From Azolla caroliniana (lineage: Eukaryota; Plantae; Polypodiophyta), in assembly GCA_043228905.1 (NCBI GenBank), contig JBHGNT010000007.1, forward strand, positions 16,554,001 through 16,618,000: a DNA stretch of 64,000 nt. The letters are read 5' to 3'. Both the position numbers and the translations under genes were made by a program. This document shows, one piece after another, positions 30,945 through 43,236 of the stretch. Below the pieces are notes generated by a model, which worked only from the letters and a program-made list of their open reading frames with translations, did not search any database and was not told where the DNA came from. The first letter of the stretch is position 1. The number at the start of each line of letters is the position of its first letter.

Positions 30945-33900
30945 ATGGCGGAGCAACAGTCACACAGAGATGGCGCGGAGAAGCCCAAAGGGAAAGGCAA
31001 GCCTAACTCTCGATGGAACGTCGCCGCTCTCCTCTCCTGCATCTGGGCGGCATCCATTCTCTACGTCGAGCTCATCTCATTCTATGTACCCATCTGGTCC
31101 TGTTCTTGGCCTTCTCTCTCAACCGTAAGTGCTCTCTTCATCTCTAACATTTCGAGTTCTCTTTTCCATTGCTTTGCCATAGATGTGCCGGCAATCCTTT
31201 CCATGACCACTCTCTGATACCATCTCAAACGGAATTAGATCCACATATTATTACAATTGAATTCTGTTCTTTGTCGCCATTGCAGTGCCCATAGGGTATA
31301 TGCTATGATCCGCGTTTAGTGCTTTATGTACCAAGTTAACACTACAAGAACTCAAATATACACATGTAGATTTCAATTTGATGAAGGATTGTTACAATAA
31401 ATTCATTTCCTTGATGAATTATGAAACTTGATACTCGATGTATGATATAGGAATTCTCACAAGACAGTTCGACACAAGACAAGACTATGCGTATACATGA
31501 CAAGAACTGTGAACTTGATTATATGCACACATATTATTACACTAGCGCAATTACAATGACTACAATGAAACACAAGACAGTCCCATGATCCATCGCATCA
31601 CTCACAACCTCATAAAATTAAACCACCCACGTTCCACACATCCAAGATTCTCATGTCTAATAGAAACTGTTCATAAGTTTTTCCAGAAGATTCACTAGCA
31701 TGTAAGTTGTCTTCTTCTTCTTTTTCTTCTTCTGCAATGTAGGTCTCTGTAGAGCCTTGATATATCCATCAATGACTGAGATTATTTCAGAATCTAGGCC
31801 ACTCTTAGAATCTAGACATATCTGTCACCCATTTGAAATAATGGGATAAGCTCTTTGTTTTTCACACATCTGCTCTTAAGTGCTGACTATAAACTATCAA
31901 GTCTTGACCTATATCATCTCATAACCTGTGACCCTTAGTTACCATCATCTAACGGTATCTTTCCTGGTGAGAATGTGCTTTAGAAGTCTCACACATCTCA
32001 AAGATGGACATGTGACATTATTGATGAAAGAAAACACAGTCCCAACTCGATTGTAATCTACAAAAGCATCCTTATCTGAAAGATAAATAATCTTTGCCAA
32101 TCTTTGATGAAGATGAACACTGGTTGTTGCTACTTCTCTAGTAATTCTATCCAGAAGAAGGAAGCTGTATGAAATGTGTCCCTCGACAAATATTCTAGTA
32201 TTCAGAATTACTTTCAAAGGAATATTCTATTTTTTCATTCTTTTGCTTTCAGGAATCAGCTATTTGCTACCAAAGTCTCTTTTTTTACCCATTGGAAACA
32301 TCCTCTCTCTCTTTCCCAGAAAATTATAGCATATCGCAGGCAGTATTGAATGTTGTAGTCTTGGGTCATGAGTCATATGTGTCATCTCTATTAAGCAGAC
32401 ACAACCATTCCAAAACCCGGTTTATAAACTTGGGAAGAGCTTGGCCCTACCTAGGTTCTTAAATCTTTGGCATAGCTCTTCCAAATCTTTATGCAAGCCT
32501 GAAGTTTGGTGGTTTCTCATCTTTGTGCAGCAAAACTTCTACTTGGAAGCTCCCTCCTTGGGAAAACCCTAGATTAGAGCCTTGTTCAACAATTTCTGGA
32601 CGTTTAGACACAATTTGAAGCCTCAGTCTTTTGGTTCTGGTGACTTTGCGAAGATACCCTTCACCTTGTGCTGATTGTACATTCTCGTAGATGGTCCATT
32701 TTTGTGAACTGTACCAGTGGACTTTTTACAGTTGTTGCACAACTTTCTTTAAACAGTTCACCTTGATAGCTTTGGTTGTTGTATATATTTGTTTCTATCA
32801 TTTGTTACATGGCGATTCTGATGGACTTCATGTACATGCTGCATTGAATATAAGCCCTGTTTTTCAAGGATAAAGTTTGCTCATTCCTCATCGGAGTTCA
32901 TCTACTCCACAGTACATACTTGTGTTATCATTGCTAGTTCAACTACCAAGAACTTCAATCATTCTTGTCTTCTTTTTCTACCTTACAGTCCCATATAATG
33001 TTACAGTGTCGTTTAGCAACAATTTTGCAATCTAGACTTGTGCTTATCCTTCGTCTACCCGTGAACATCATAATCTCCAAAAATAACACAAAAAAAGTCG
33101 TAAACTTTGTTATCTTTGGAAAAAAATAAATCTAACAGTAGCATTGCTTCTTTTCGGTATAATACTCAGCCACCATTGTTTCTCCTGACACTGCGTTTTG
33201 TTGTTGATAATATGAAACATGTGTAATGTCATCATATTTGAGTTAGTAAAAATCCATGCTACGCAGCTATAAGATTTGACAGACCCTGGTTGGAAAGTAA
33301 TGTGCTCAATCTTGCTCAGTGTTTAGAAGAATCCATTGAACAGAAAGACCAAGGTAGGAAGAATTTTCAATTCTGATGTGAATCTAGGGTGTATGACTTT
33401 GGATTTACCTTTAGTTTGTGGAACAACATTATAACTCTGAATTAGAAATTTCTACACTAAGCACTCGAAAATATTCTAGTAATGTCTTATGCATAATATA
33501 ATGTATTATGAGATCTTTAATTATTGAGTACATTTTTAAAGTCTAGCTTTAATTTCATAGAAGTGCATTTTGCAATGTCAAACTCCTAGCATTTTAGAAT
33601 ATTTATGATTGTGATAATGATATCGCAGTATTTTACCTTTGTGGCTTATTTGTTCCCCCTGTTGGATAATGAAATTTAGGTCCCAAGAAGTGAGGACTTG
33701 GAAAAAATTGTGAAGGTTGCTGTGATAGGTGATCCTCAGGTTCGCATTTGTAAATACAGGGAAAAAGAGAGAACATAAAAACTGTTCATTTATATGACAT
33801 CTACTTTTTCTAACCCTACAGCTTACAGATAGAACAACACATGGGATGAAGCCTGGCTCATTTTCTCTCAAAGCAACACAACTCTATTCAGATATTTATA

Positions 33901-36900
33901 TGCGGCGTGCTTTTCAGACTACAGTTTTAGGTTTGCAACCTGATGAAATTGTTTTCTTGGGCGACTACTTTGATGGTGGAGTCGAGTTATCTGAAACCGA
34001 GTATGTTTGTTTTATTCTCTCATAACCGTTATTGACCTTGTCAAATCACCAAACCACTAGAGCCTGGTTATGCAGGCTGTTTACCTTACATTGATGACAA
34101 ACCTTGTCGATACTTGGACTTCTTTTTAGAGTAAACTACATCACGTATAAACATGTCTTTGCTACAAATAGTACATCTAGGCCAAGATGATGTGTAAACT
34201 TCATTTTATTTTTTAGATAAAGCATACCAGGTATTGTTCATAGGATAAATTCTATAATTTCTATGCTCAAAGCCTTCGTACTTTTGTACCAATACCTGTC
34301 ACATGAGCACAGATAATTGCAATCTGTAAAACATGTTATTGTGCTACTTGAGTTTTTAAAATATTAAAAAATTATATGACAGATTTAAGGATTCTTTGGC
34401 AAGATTTTGGCACATCTTTGATCACTCAAAGAGGGGTGCTCAAGCAAGGTTCTCAAGGAAACCTTTCCATTATCTTTTTGGAAATCATGACCTGGGTTAC
34501 GCAGGAGATCAATCTGAAAGGCCAGAGGTATCAATCTTGTCAGTTTATTTGTGAATTTGAGAAAGGCTAGTTGATTTATAAAAAATTAAAAAGATGATAA
34601 GTTACAGATCTAAGAAAACTTATTGATTTGCAGTTACGTGAGCGTTATCAACGGGTTTTTGGATCCATAGAGCATACAGACAAAGTTGGTGCTGTTGACT
34701 TTGTTTTTGTTGATTCCCAATCACTTGATGGTAACTGCAATCACTCGACCCTTACATCCTCCATATGATAGAAGTTCAATTAGGAAGTAATTAGTTAGTT
34801 GTGCTGATTAATATATTCCATATTAGTTGAGAGAGGCAGGGGGAGCAATCAATTGATTCTAGAGGCTGAAAATGATGACAAGACAGATCAGAATTAGTAT
34901 AGTGTCTCTCATGGTTTAGGTAGCTCAGTTGGTTAGAGCAAAGGACTGAAAATCCTTGGGTCAGTGGTTCAAATCCACTCCTAAACAGTGAATTATTAGT
35001 TTCAAATCCAAATTCTGTGCTAGATGCAACTAAAACCCAGATCCAAAGAGAACAAAATCGAAACATTTGCATGGAAAAGAATATGACCAAGTAGTCTGGA
35101 AAAAGGGGGAGAGGGATCATTTCAGTAATAGGTAGTTGAGGGAGGGCTCCCTATCAGGCTATATGAAATGAGGACAAGCATTGTATGTGTGGGTATGTAG
35201 CTTCCTTCAAATGAAAGTGTACACAATGGCAAGTGTGGTGTGAAGAGGTGTGATGGTATGGTTGTAAGGTCTGATTATATGCAAGCGAACCTCTCCGTGA
35301 CAGGTTTCTCATGGCGAGTTCAGATCAGTTATGAGCTGTCGCTAATGCAACCTTGGTATCATTGCAGTTCAATATGTTGCCACTATTTTAGCAAGCCAGT
35401 AGAACATTTTTCCAGCTTAAACAAAGAGAGATGGGAGTCTCATTTCATTTATGGGGATGACCTTAGATTATGCCTCCCTCACGTTCTCTTTACCATCAGA
35501 TGTCATTGCCCATTTCTATAGTCACTCCTTGGGATATACTGGGTAGTGTACGTTGAGGCTCCATGTAAATCAAGTGACTAAATGCATAATTTATATCGCC
35601 GATAGAATGTGTTCATATTTATGCTAGTTGGTTGGCTCCATGGTCTAGCGGAAATTTGGGGCATCAATTAAAGATTGTATGCCCCCTACATCTGCAGACA
35701 TACTCCCTTGCAGAACCAATGCACACTCTAGATATTCTCACTATTCTTGGTTTATCTCTTGTAATGCTTTGTTCTGGCAGAGGGGCTCCCTAGTTATGAG
35801 AGAAGTGGTCTGTTTGTTGAGCCTTATTCATCCTGTTTCATTACTCTATTCATTTTCACTATATGAGAGATGGATGACTGAGTAGGTCATACTGAAAGTG
35901 TGGCAGGTACTCTAATTCATTTCTGCTGGAAAATTGTATTTTCTGTGAGTACTGAGTACCATGATCCTCCCTCTTGCATTTTCCTTGATGCCCCAAATGT
36001 GCTGTCTTTGGAGCCATCTCTCGAATTTGGATACAAAACACATACACTTAACAATTTCTCAACCACCATAGGGTGTGTAACCAGCTTAGATGGGATGGTG
36101 TCATGTGGAAATGAAGGTTTTTGTTAGAGATTATTTCTAATGTAAGCATGAAATAAGGAAATAAAAGATAGATAGTAAAGAGTGAAAGAAGGGTGCCGAT
36201 CCACCCGACCACCCTCGATCGAAGGGATCAAGATAGAATCTAGCCTTGATTGACGTCCCATTCCACCGTCATGGCATCAAGTCATAACTGGTACTGGCAC
36301 ACTCACAATTAGAGTCTGTTCACCACAAGATCACAGTCTCGACGTAGTCAAATTATGTGTTTAATGAGGGTAGCTAGGCCTCATATTATAGCCATACCTA
36401 AGGCCCCGACGCAAGCTCACACTTGGCCCTTATAGGTTGTCTCAATTCCTAGGATTAATTGTAATCCTCCCTTCTTTACACACTCGGTTAACCCTCACAC
36501 TTTATCCTCATGTGTAGAATACTACGGTACAACTTACCAGGGGATAAATTATGGTCATGCCCGTACAGTTTATACAGGCCATCTGAGAGAGCCAAGACTA
36601 TCATGACTAGTAGCCTGCGTCTATATGTGAGTGGGCAGTCTATGTACCCATATCCTCCCACAATACATGAGAGCCAATGTGACCAGCATGTCAAAACAAC
36701 CACCGGCAATGCTGCATAAATTGCATCATCAATCCTTGGTATCCTCTAGCATGGAAGACCACAAATCCGTCACCACAACTCTGGGATTACAGTAGATTGA
36801 AGATGCTTTGATGCATGAATGAAGCGTGCAAGAAAATGTCGTAGATCTTCCCAAGTCTCAGAATGAGGCCTTGTTGTGGAGATGCTACCATAGGTCTGTG

Positions 36901-39169
36901 TGTAATTCAGAGACTGAGAATATGCAATCAAGACTGTTGCAACAACATATTGTATACACCTTGATTGACTATATGATGCACATGTAAACATGTTGCCCTT
37001 ACTCTTTTTATGGCAAGTCATCCTCTATGTCATGTAATTTAGATTAATCTGATCAATACTTCCCCATGCTCAGTAATAGTATTTTAGCTGCTACATCCCT
37101 TGCTAAATTGGCAATATTTGCTTGCTTAATTGGAGAGGAATTTATGGAGTAGAGCCCATGCAGAGATTTCTCTGAGAGAACCTTTGGATGTGGGTCAACT
37201 ATCCATCAAGATGTTGGTTTATTGCACAAGTAATTAAGAGAACGCCATCTTATACATGCTTGATGCAAAATTTAATATGCATGCCAAAGATTGTCTTTAC
37301 AAAGATTAGTGCATGTTGAATCTTCTAATAGATGTATGAAGAAATGTTATACACTGCCTAAAATAATATACGATCTCATATTTCTGTATCTCAGTGAAAT
37401 TGTGAAGGGTTCTTTTGAGTCAAAACAACAATGTCTTTTTAATGCTGCAGGGAGTAACACCGATATCCGAACCACCTCTGCCTGGGACTTCATCCATAAC
37501 ATCTCAGTAGGTATAATGACTTTTATGAACTATTAGATCTAACATTTCCTGTTTTGCTGAGTATTATAGTTGATACATTTCAAAACAAATCTCTTTCATT
37601 ACAGAAGCATATAAACGTCGTCCAAAAGTTCTGTTGAGTCATATACCTCTATATAGGCCTGATAACACTCCATGTGGAGCTCTTCGTGCTTCAGAAGAGA
37701 TAAACCAAGTATGTGAGTAGTTTACCTCTTCCAGCTAAAAGCTAATATTTGGATAAACTACGAATCTAATTTCTTCTTTTTAAAGCAGAGGATCACTTGG
37801 GCCAGATCAGCATTTCCAAAAATTGTGTATATCTCTTTGGAGCTCTTGCTAGGGTAAATAGTTATGAAATAAATTTGCCCTGATTTTGAATTTTTATGCA
37901 GTTATCAAAATTATCTCTCTGAAGAGACAACAGTTAAGCTTTTAGATCTTCTAAAACCTGTAAGTGTGACCAGTCAATTCTTCAGTTAAGCATGATTATG
38001 AGATGATCTTTCACTCCGAATGACTTGTTATTCATGCAAAAATTTGGTCCTGTTACTGAATGTTAATCTCAGGTTCTAGTTTTATCTGGACACGATCATG
38101 ACCAATGCAGCATTAAGCATCGGGTGGGATCGATGTCTGTTATAGAGGTGAGCTGGCCAGAGCCATATTCGCGTTTAGCCTTCAGTGTCGTGCATTACAT
38201 TCAAACACAATGTCCTGCACAAGTTCAACTGGCTTATTATACTTTTGTACAGCATACTGTTGGGACATTCAGCTGGCAGAATGGAAATCTTTATCCATCG
38301 TTCATGCTCCTTTCAGTTAATAGACATTCCCCAACAGCAGAGGAAGGAATATTATCGTCTCGAATCTGTTTTCTTCCTTATCAGACTTATATGTATATAT
38401 GGTGTGGGTTCTAACTACTCTCCAACTAAATCAATTAGGAAAGGCTTGCTTTTATTCATGGTGTCTTGCTTCTACAGGTATGCAGTTTTACTTGTGATAT
38501 CACTAGTAATGCTCTTCATTTGGCCCTCACAAGGTGTAGAGTGGAAGAACCTCTATAATAGGTTTTGGGATGCTATTTCATGGATAATGAATAAAAAACC
38601 TCATGGCAATGTAAAAGAAAAAGATGAAGATGCTAACAATGATTATGAGATGGTGTGGGATGCAGAAGGCTCAATGCATTTAATTAGAAAAGCACCCACA
38701 CAGCAAGATCAAAGGTCAACTGGAAAACAGGACACTGCTAGGTGAATATCCTTTCAAGATATATGATTACATGCTATGTATGCTCTGGTTTTTCATGTAG
38801 CTACTTTTACCTCTTCTTTGTGCCTAGATGAGGAATTACTTTCAAATATAATCTATTATTGGGCCTCCTAGGCCATTCTGGCCGCTCAGAGATTAATATA
38901 TCTTTCTTCTTTGTAGAAGCACTGCAGTAGCACATTCAGTTGTCAAGCGTGCATCGACTCCGGAGTCCTCTCTGAGCTCAGCCTCTTCCAGCAGTGAGTA
39001 TGGCACTAGTGAGAGTAGTGTTAGCATGGTTGGGCGGCCTTCCAAAGCTAGTAGAGTGGGCCTGGTGGCCAGATGGATATGCCAAGTTCTAGGACCACTT
39101 GTTGCGCTTGCAACACTGAATGTAAGCCTTTACGTAATGCTCATGCTGAATGATTGGACTAAACTTTAA
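30945..39169 (+). CDS. Calcineurin-like metallophosphoesterase, MPPE1/PGAP5/Cdc1 family, 13 exons (30945-31124, 33680-33739, 33822-34000, 34383-34527, 34634-34730, 37451-37510, 37605-37708, 37789-37826, 37902-37959, 38073-38147, 38253-38401, 38478-38741, 38917-39169), 553 aa
   Basis: Motifs VAVIGDPQL, FLGDYFDGG, GNHDLGY, LLSHIPLYR, VLSGHDHDQC and HTVGTFSWQNGN, with N- and C-terminal TM segments and the ending LNDWTKL. The GT-AG exons sum to 1662 nt in frame. Confidence 0.9.
34914..34987 (+). tRNA. trnF: tRNA-Phe(GAA), plant mitochondrial type (NUMT), in intron 5 of the phosphoesterase gene
   Basis: Full cloverleaf: acceptor GTTTAGG/CCTAAAC, D-arm GCTC/GAGC, anticodon arm AAGGA-CTGAAAA-TCCTT, T-arm AGTGG-TTCAAAT-CCACT. 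The sequence matches the plant mitochondrial trnF pattern as I recall it, not plastid or cytosolic tRNA-Phe. Confidence 0.85.
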
Positions 39170-40129
39170 ATTTTTTTGCGAGCTCCCGAATCCATTTCTC
39201 CAATTGTGGATTGCTCATGCATTGTTTTTAACTCCTGGATATATATTTTTTGTAATACTTCGTTACTTGTGGGGAATCTGAAAAAGAGATGAAAACCTGC
39301 AAAAAAATGTTACTAAAGAAAAATGCTATCTGAACAAAAGAGTTGTGCTTAAAAACACGCAAAGAATTTATCACAGATATTTGCAAAATTGTTCTTGCAA
39401 AAAGAGAAATAATTTACTAAAATGCAATCTGGATACAATGATTCTTAAATTCAAAAGAAAATATCTGAAAGTTGCCTAGTTGAGTCGTGACATACTAAGA
39501 TATCATACACAATACTACTTTGACTCCGAGATGTTTGCTGAGCTGATGATATGATATGTATGCCCTGTGTGTTTGAGAATCCCAACCTTTCGGATGTCAA
39601 TGTGGGGATGGACTGATTTGGTATTGGTGTACAGGTGACTATGTTGCATAATAGCCTAGAAACTGTTGGATTTCACTGAACTAAAAGAAAGGCTATTTCC
39701 CCCTCAAGTTGCTCTTATTTCTCTATATGTTCATGGATAGGCCTGTGCATTGAATTATATCTCTTCTCTAAAGATAAAAAATCGATTGAAATTAGTCCCT
39801 AGAATAACCAAATGGATCAGCTGTTTGTGTTCAAATTGGAAGTTAACCAGTAACTTGCCATTTTGTGGTATTTTACTATTTTACCTATTCCATCTCTGAA
39901 TGAGTAGGAAAATTTAATTCTTTTACAATATTCCCAAAGTTTAATTCTTTTGCAATAGCCCTAGTGCCCCCTCTCAGTTAGTTTATTGTTAAGAAGTCAA
40001 TTAGAATAGTGTAATGTGGTTATAATGAACGCTCTTATATGTCATATAGAATATATCCACTTTGTACAATCCATTGTACTGACAGGGTCGTATATTTCAA
40101 TTTCAACCCTATATTTCCTACAATAGAAC

Positions 40130-40805
40130 CTTAATAAACGTGTTCGTACAAGCATTCAAACGTTTGGAAACCAACACGTTTGAAAAGGGAAAAATACATC
40201 ATAGTTTTTCTTTTTGTCATTTATTGCCATAGCAAATTAGCTGACCCTAGTGGTAACTTGTCAAGCTATTGTTGTCTGTCTTTGGTTCGATTCCCAATTT
40301 GCTCATCTCTCTCTTGTTAGTGTCATGTTATAGTAAAATTAATTTTATGTTAGTATCATATTAGTTTTTGTTGTCTTCTTTCTTTATTATTAGACATTAG
40401 CTCAACCTAGTGGTAATTTGTCATGTTACTATTGCCAATGTCTTGGTTTCAATTCCAATTTTCTCATATCCTCTCGTTAGTGTCATGTTCCTTTTTCTTT
40501 TTTCTTTCTTTGTTATTAGAAATTAGCTCACCCTAGTGGTAAATTGTTATGCTATTATAGCCTATGTCATGTTTTCTTCATATTCTCGAATTTTGAACGT
40601 TTGATTATAATTTATAATGACATATTTTGATTCAATCTCTATAGTGCATACTCATGTTTTTGTAAAGTTCTAAAGTGAGGAGGATAGAGATGTCTTGATT
40701 CTTAAGAAGCATCCCAAAGGTATGCATGTGATACAATGCAAATATTGCAACCATATTTATGTTGGTGGTTCACAATGGATCAGAGTCCACTTATTGGGAT
40801 TGATA
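40130..40805 (+). mobile_element. hAT transposon 5' remnant with BED zinc finger and subterminal repeats
   Basis: 40690-40800 reads VIQCKYCNHIYVGGSQWIRVHLLG (BED finger, CxxC...GG...HL). It is preceded by three related ~125-160 bp units at 40235, 40397 and 40521. Confidence 0.55.
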
Positions 40806-41997
40806 TATAATATAGACCATAGTCAATCCAATCCAACTTTCCGATGATTTACCATACACGTTTGATTGAATCATTGTTGAATACGAATGCATGTATGATA
40901 CATATGGTTCATTCTATGTTTCTTAGTATCATTAAAGTGGACAATTGGTTGATGTTCTAAATCATAGCAGGAAATACTATAGTATGGGTGATGTCCACAT
41001 GTACAAACATCATATGTAATGGAAAAACAAAATATAAATGATCTTCGACCCATGTTCAAGAACACGAGACATGTTGCTTCAAAGATAGTCATCATTGACA
41101 TTTGAAATGACTAGACCTAGGGTGAACTAAGAGATAGATGGTACCAAGAAGGAAAATATAAATATAGCACATTGGTAGTGTTGCATAATGGGCGAGAGAG
41201 TAAGCTATCATGCTTGGAATGAAAGGAAGGCCACAAGGATATATTGTCACAACCATATGAGAAGACTCTTGAGCACAATATCCCCCTCTGAAAAGATTCT
41301 TGAACATAAGATCACCCTTTGAGTTTTTAAAATACACACAACACTAACCTTGCTAGCGAGATGCAAACTATACCCTCTACACCCAATTTTGCTTTTTTGT
41401 TCAACTCAAAACTCTACATGATAACTTCAATCAAATAATTTACCTACGATAACAAAATTTTAACTAGTCTAATTATAAATAAAACCTGCAAATACAAAGC
41501 GTCTAAAACATCAACTTCATAAATCGTTAATTGGAATAGATTGCCTCCCGATCCTTGGAATGATTTTAGTATAGCTATGTTGCGATGGATAGCATATATT
41601 AAATCGCTTAACCTGGAAGTTTGATATGTTACTAGATAACACCAATGATGACAGATATGTTGTTTAGAGCTAGATACAATGGAGAGAGATTGAGGAATTG
41701 ATGGATGATGAAGAAGAATTAGACTTCTTTAAGATGGCTCCTACAACTACTGAAAGAGACAATGAAGGAGCATCTTCAACATTGAAGGAACTTGAATATG
41801 AATATGCAAGAGGATTGATTACTCATGGGCCGATTCTTGAGCACATTAATGATAGATCTTTCATGGACATAAGAACTTCAGAGGATTCGAAAGAAGTCAT
41901 ATCAATATTTCTTTTGAGGAGGACATATTTAGAAAACCCTAAGAAAAGGCTAAAAGTATTTTGTAAGAGGGAAGATCAAAGAAGATCATGAAAGTCC

Positions 41998-42790
41998 TGT
42001 GTGGAATAGTGCTCGGTCACAACCGAGTCTTAAACACTCAACGAAAGAAACAAAACAGAAATGAAGATTGATGCACTTACACAGAATGAGACGACACCAG
42101 ATGTTAATGTGGAAAACCCTAATCGGGAAAAACCAAGGGAGCCCACAGACTCCAACTATCACTATGAGAGGAAGGGTACAATACGAGACTCAAAGGCAAC
42201 GACCTCGAGCTCTATGTCTTCACCAACCGACGGTTACAATAGAGAATACTTTTTGTTTCTCTCTCACTCTCTCTCACTCTCTCTCCATGTATCTCTCTCT
42301 GTACAACGATAACAACTATAATGATGATCTACATACATAACAATATTGCCCTAGTTATATTTATATTTATATAACTTTGGGGCTATTTACAAATATGACC
42401 TCAACGATCATGTCTGAACATATTTACTAATATGTTCCTATTTGTTCGTTCATATCTGACTCCTTCTGGATCCATCCGATCCAGTATTCGGATACCTTCC
42501 AAACCCATCCGGTCTGGTTCCTTCCTTCGGCTCGTCTGATTCGGCTCATTCGGAGGGACCTGTTTCCCAACAAATCCTTGGGTAGAATAGAAAAGAATTC
42601 GGGAAATGTTTTTGAAGTTAAAAGGGAAGTACTGGTGGCTAGGAATGTCCAAAGATCTTGTACTTGTACTCGAATGTATGGCATAGAGACGATCTTCACC
42701 CGACTCCCCTTTTCGCGGTGCATTTCAAATGCATGGTGTACGTGGTTGCTATGCCAATGGGAGTAGGTCGTAGGTCAAATGAAATACCTA
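41998..42790 (-). mobile_element. LTR-like remnant (Copia type), reverse orientation
   Basis: Begins TGTGTGGAATAG and contains gtggaaaaccctaatcgggaaaaaccaaggg (reverse complement of a typical U5), a CT-rich tract and a TATA-like run. The right boundary is uncertain. Confidence 0.4.
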
Positions 42791-42795
42791 GTGTT

Positions 42796-43236
42796 TAACA
42801 ATCGGTAACAGTTTGGTTTGAACCGAACCGAACCGTGAAACCGCGGCTTAATGGTTTGGTTCATGTTTAGCTTTTTTAAAATGGTTAAATTCGGTTTTGG
42901 TTCAGTTTCAACAACCAGAAACCGCAATTTAAATGGTTTAATGGTTATTTTTGATTTAAAAATTTTAAAAATTTGTTTCTAAACAATCTTTTCATTTTTA
43001 GACTTTATTCTCACATTTTAGGAAAACCTTTAACAATTTTAAATTTTAAAATAATGAAATATTATAAATTTAAAAAATTTAAAATTTTGACCTAAGTTGA
43101 AAACCAAACCACGAAACCGCGGTTTGAAAAATGTTTAACGGTTTCGTGGTTTGGTTTGGTTTGGTTCAGGTTTCAAAAATTTTAAACGGTTCAGTTTTGA
43201 CCCTCACAAACCAAACCAAATCGTTGCCAATTGTTA
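42796..43236. mobile_element. MITE with TA target-site duplication (Tc1/mariner-like)
   Basis: TA-ACAATCGGTAACAG...CGTTGCCAATTGT-TA termini with AACCG/CGGTT subterminal motifs and an AT-rich core. Confidence 0.65.

Noticed and set aside
38746-38754. ATATCCTTT, a perfect U12 (AT-AC) donor motif
   Set aside because: Using it would leave an in-frame TGA. The upstream AG|GTGAAT donor with the 38917 acceptor gives the conserved C-terminus.
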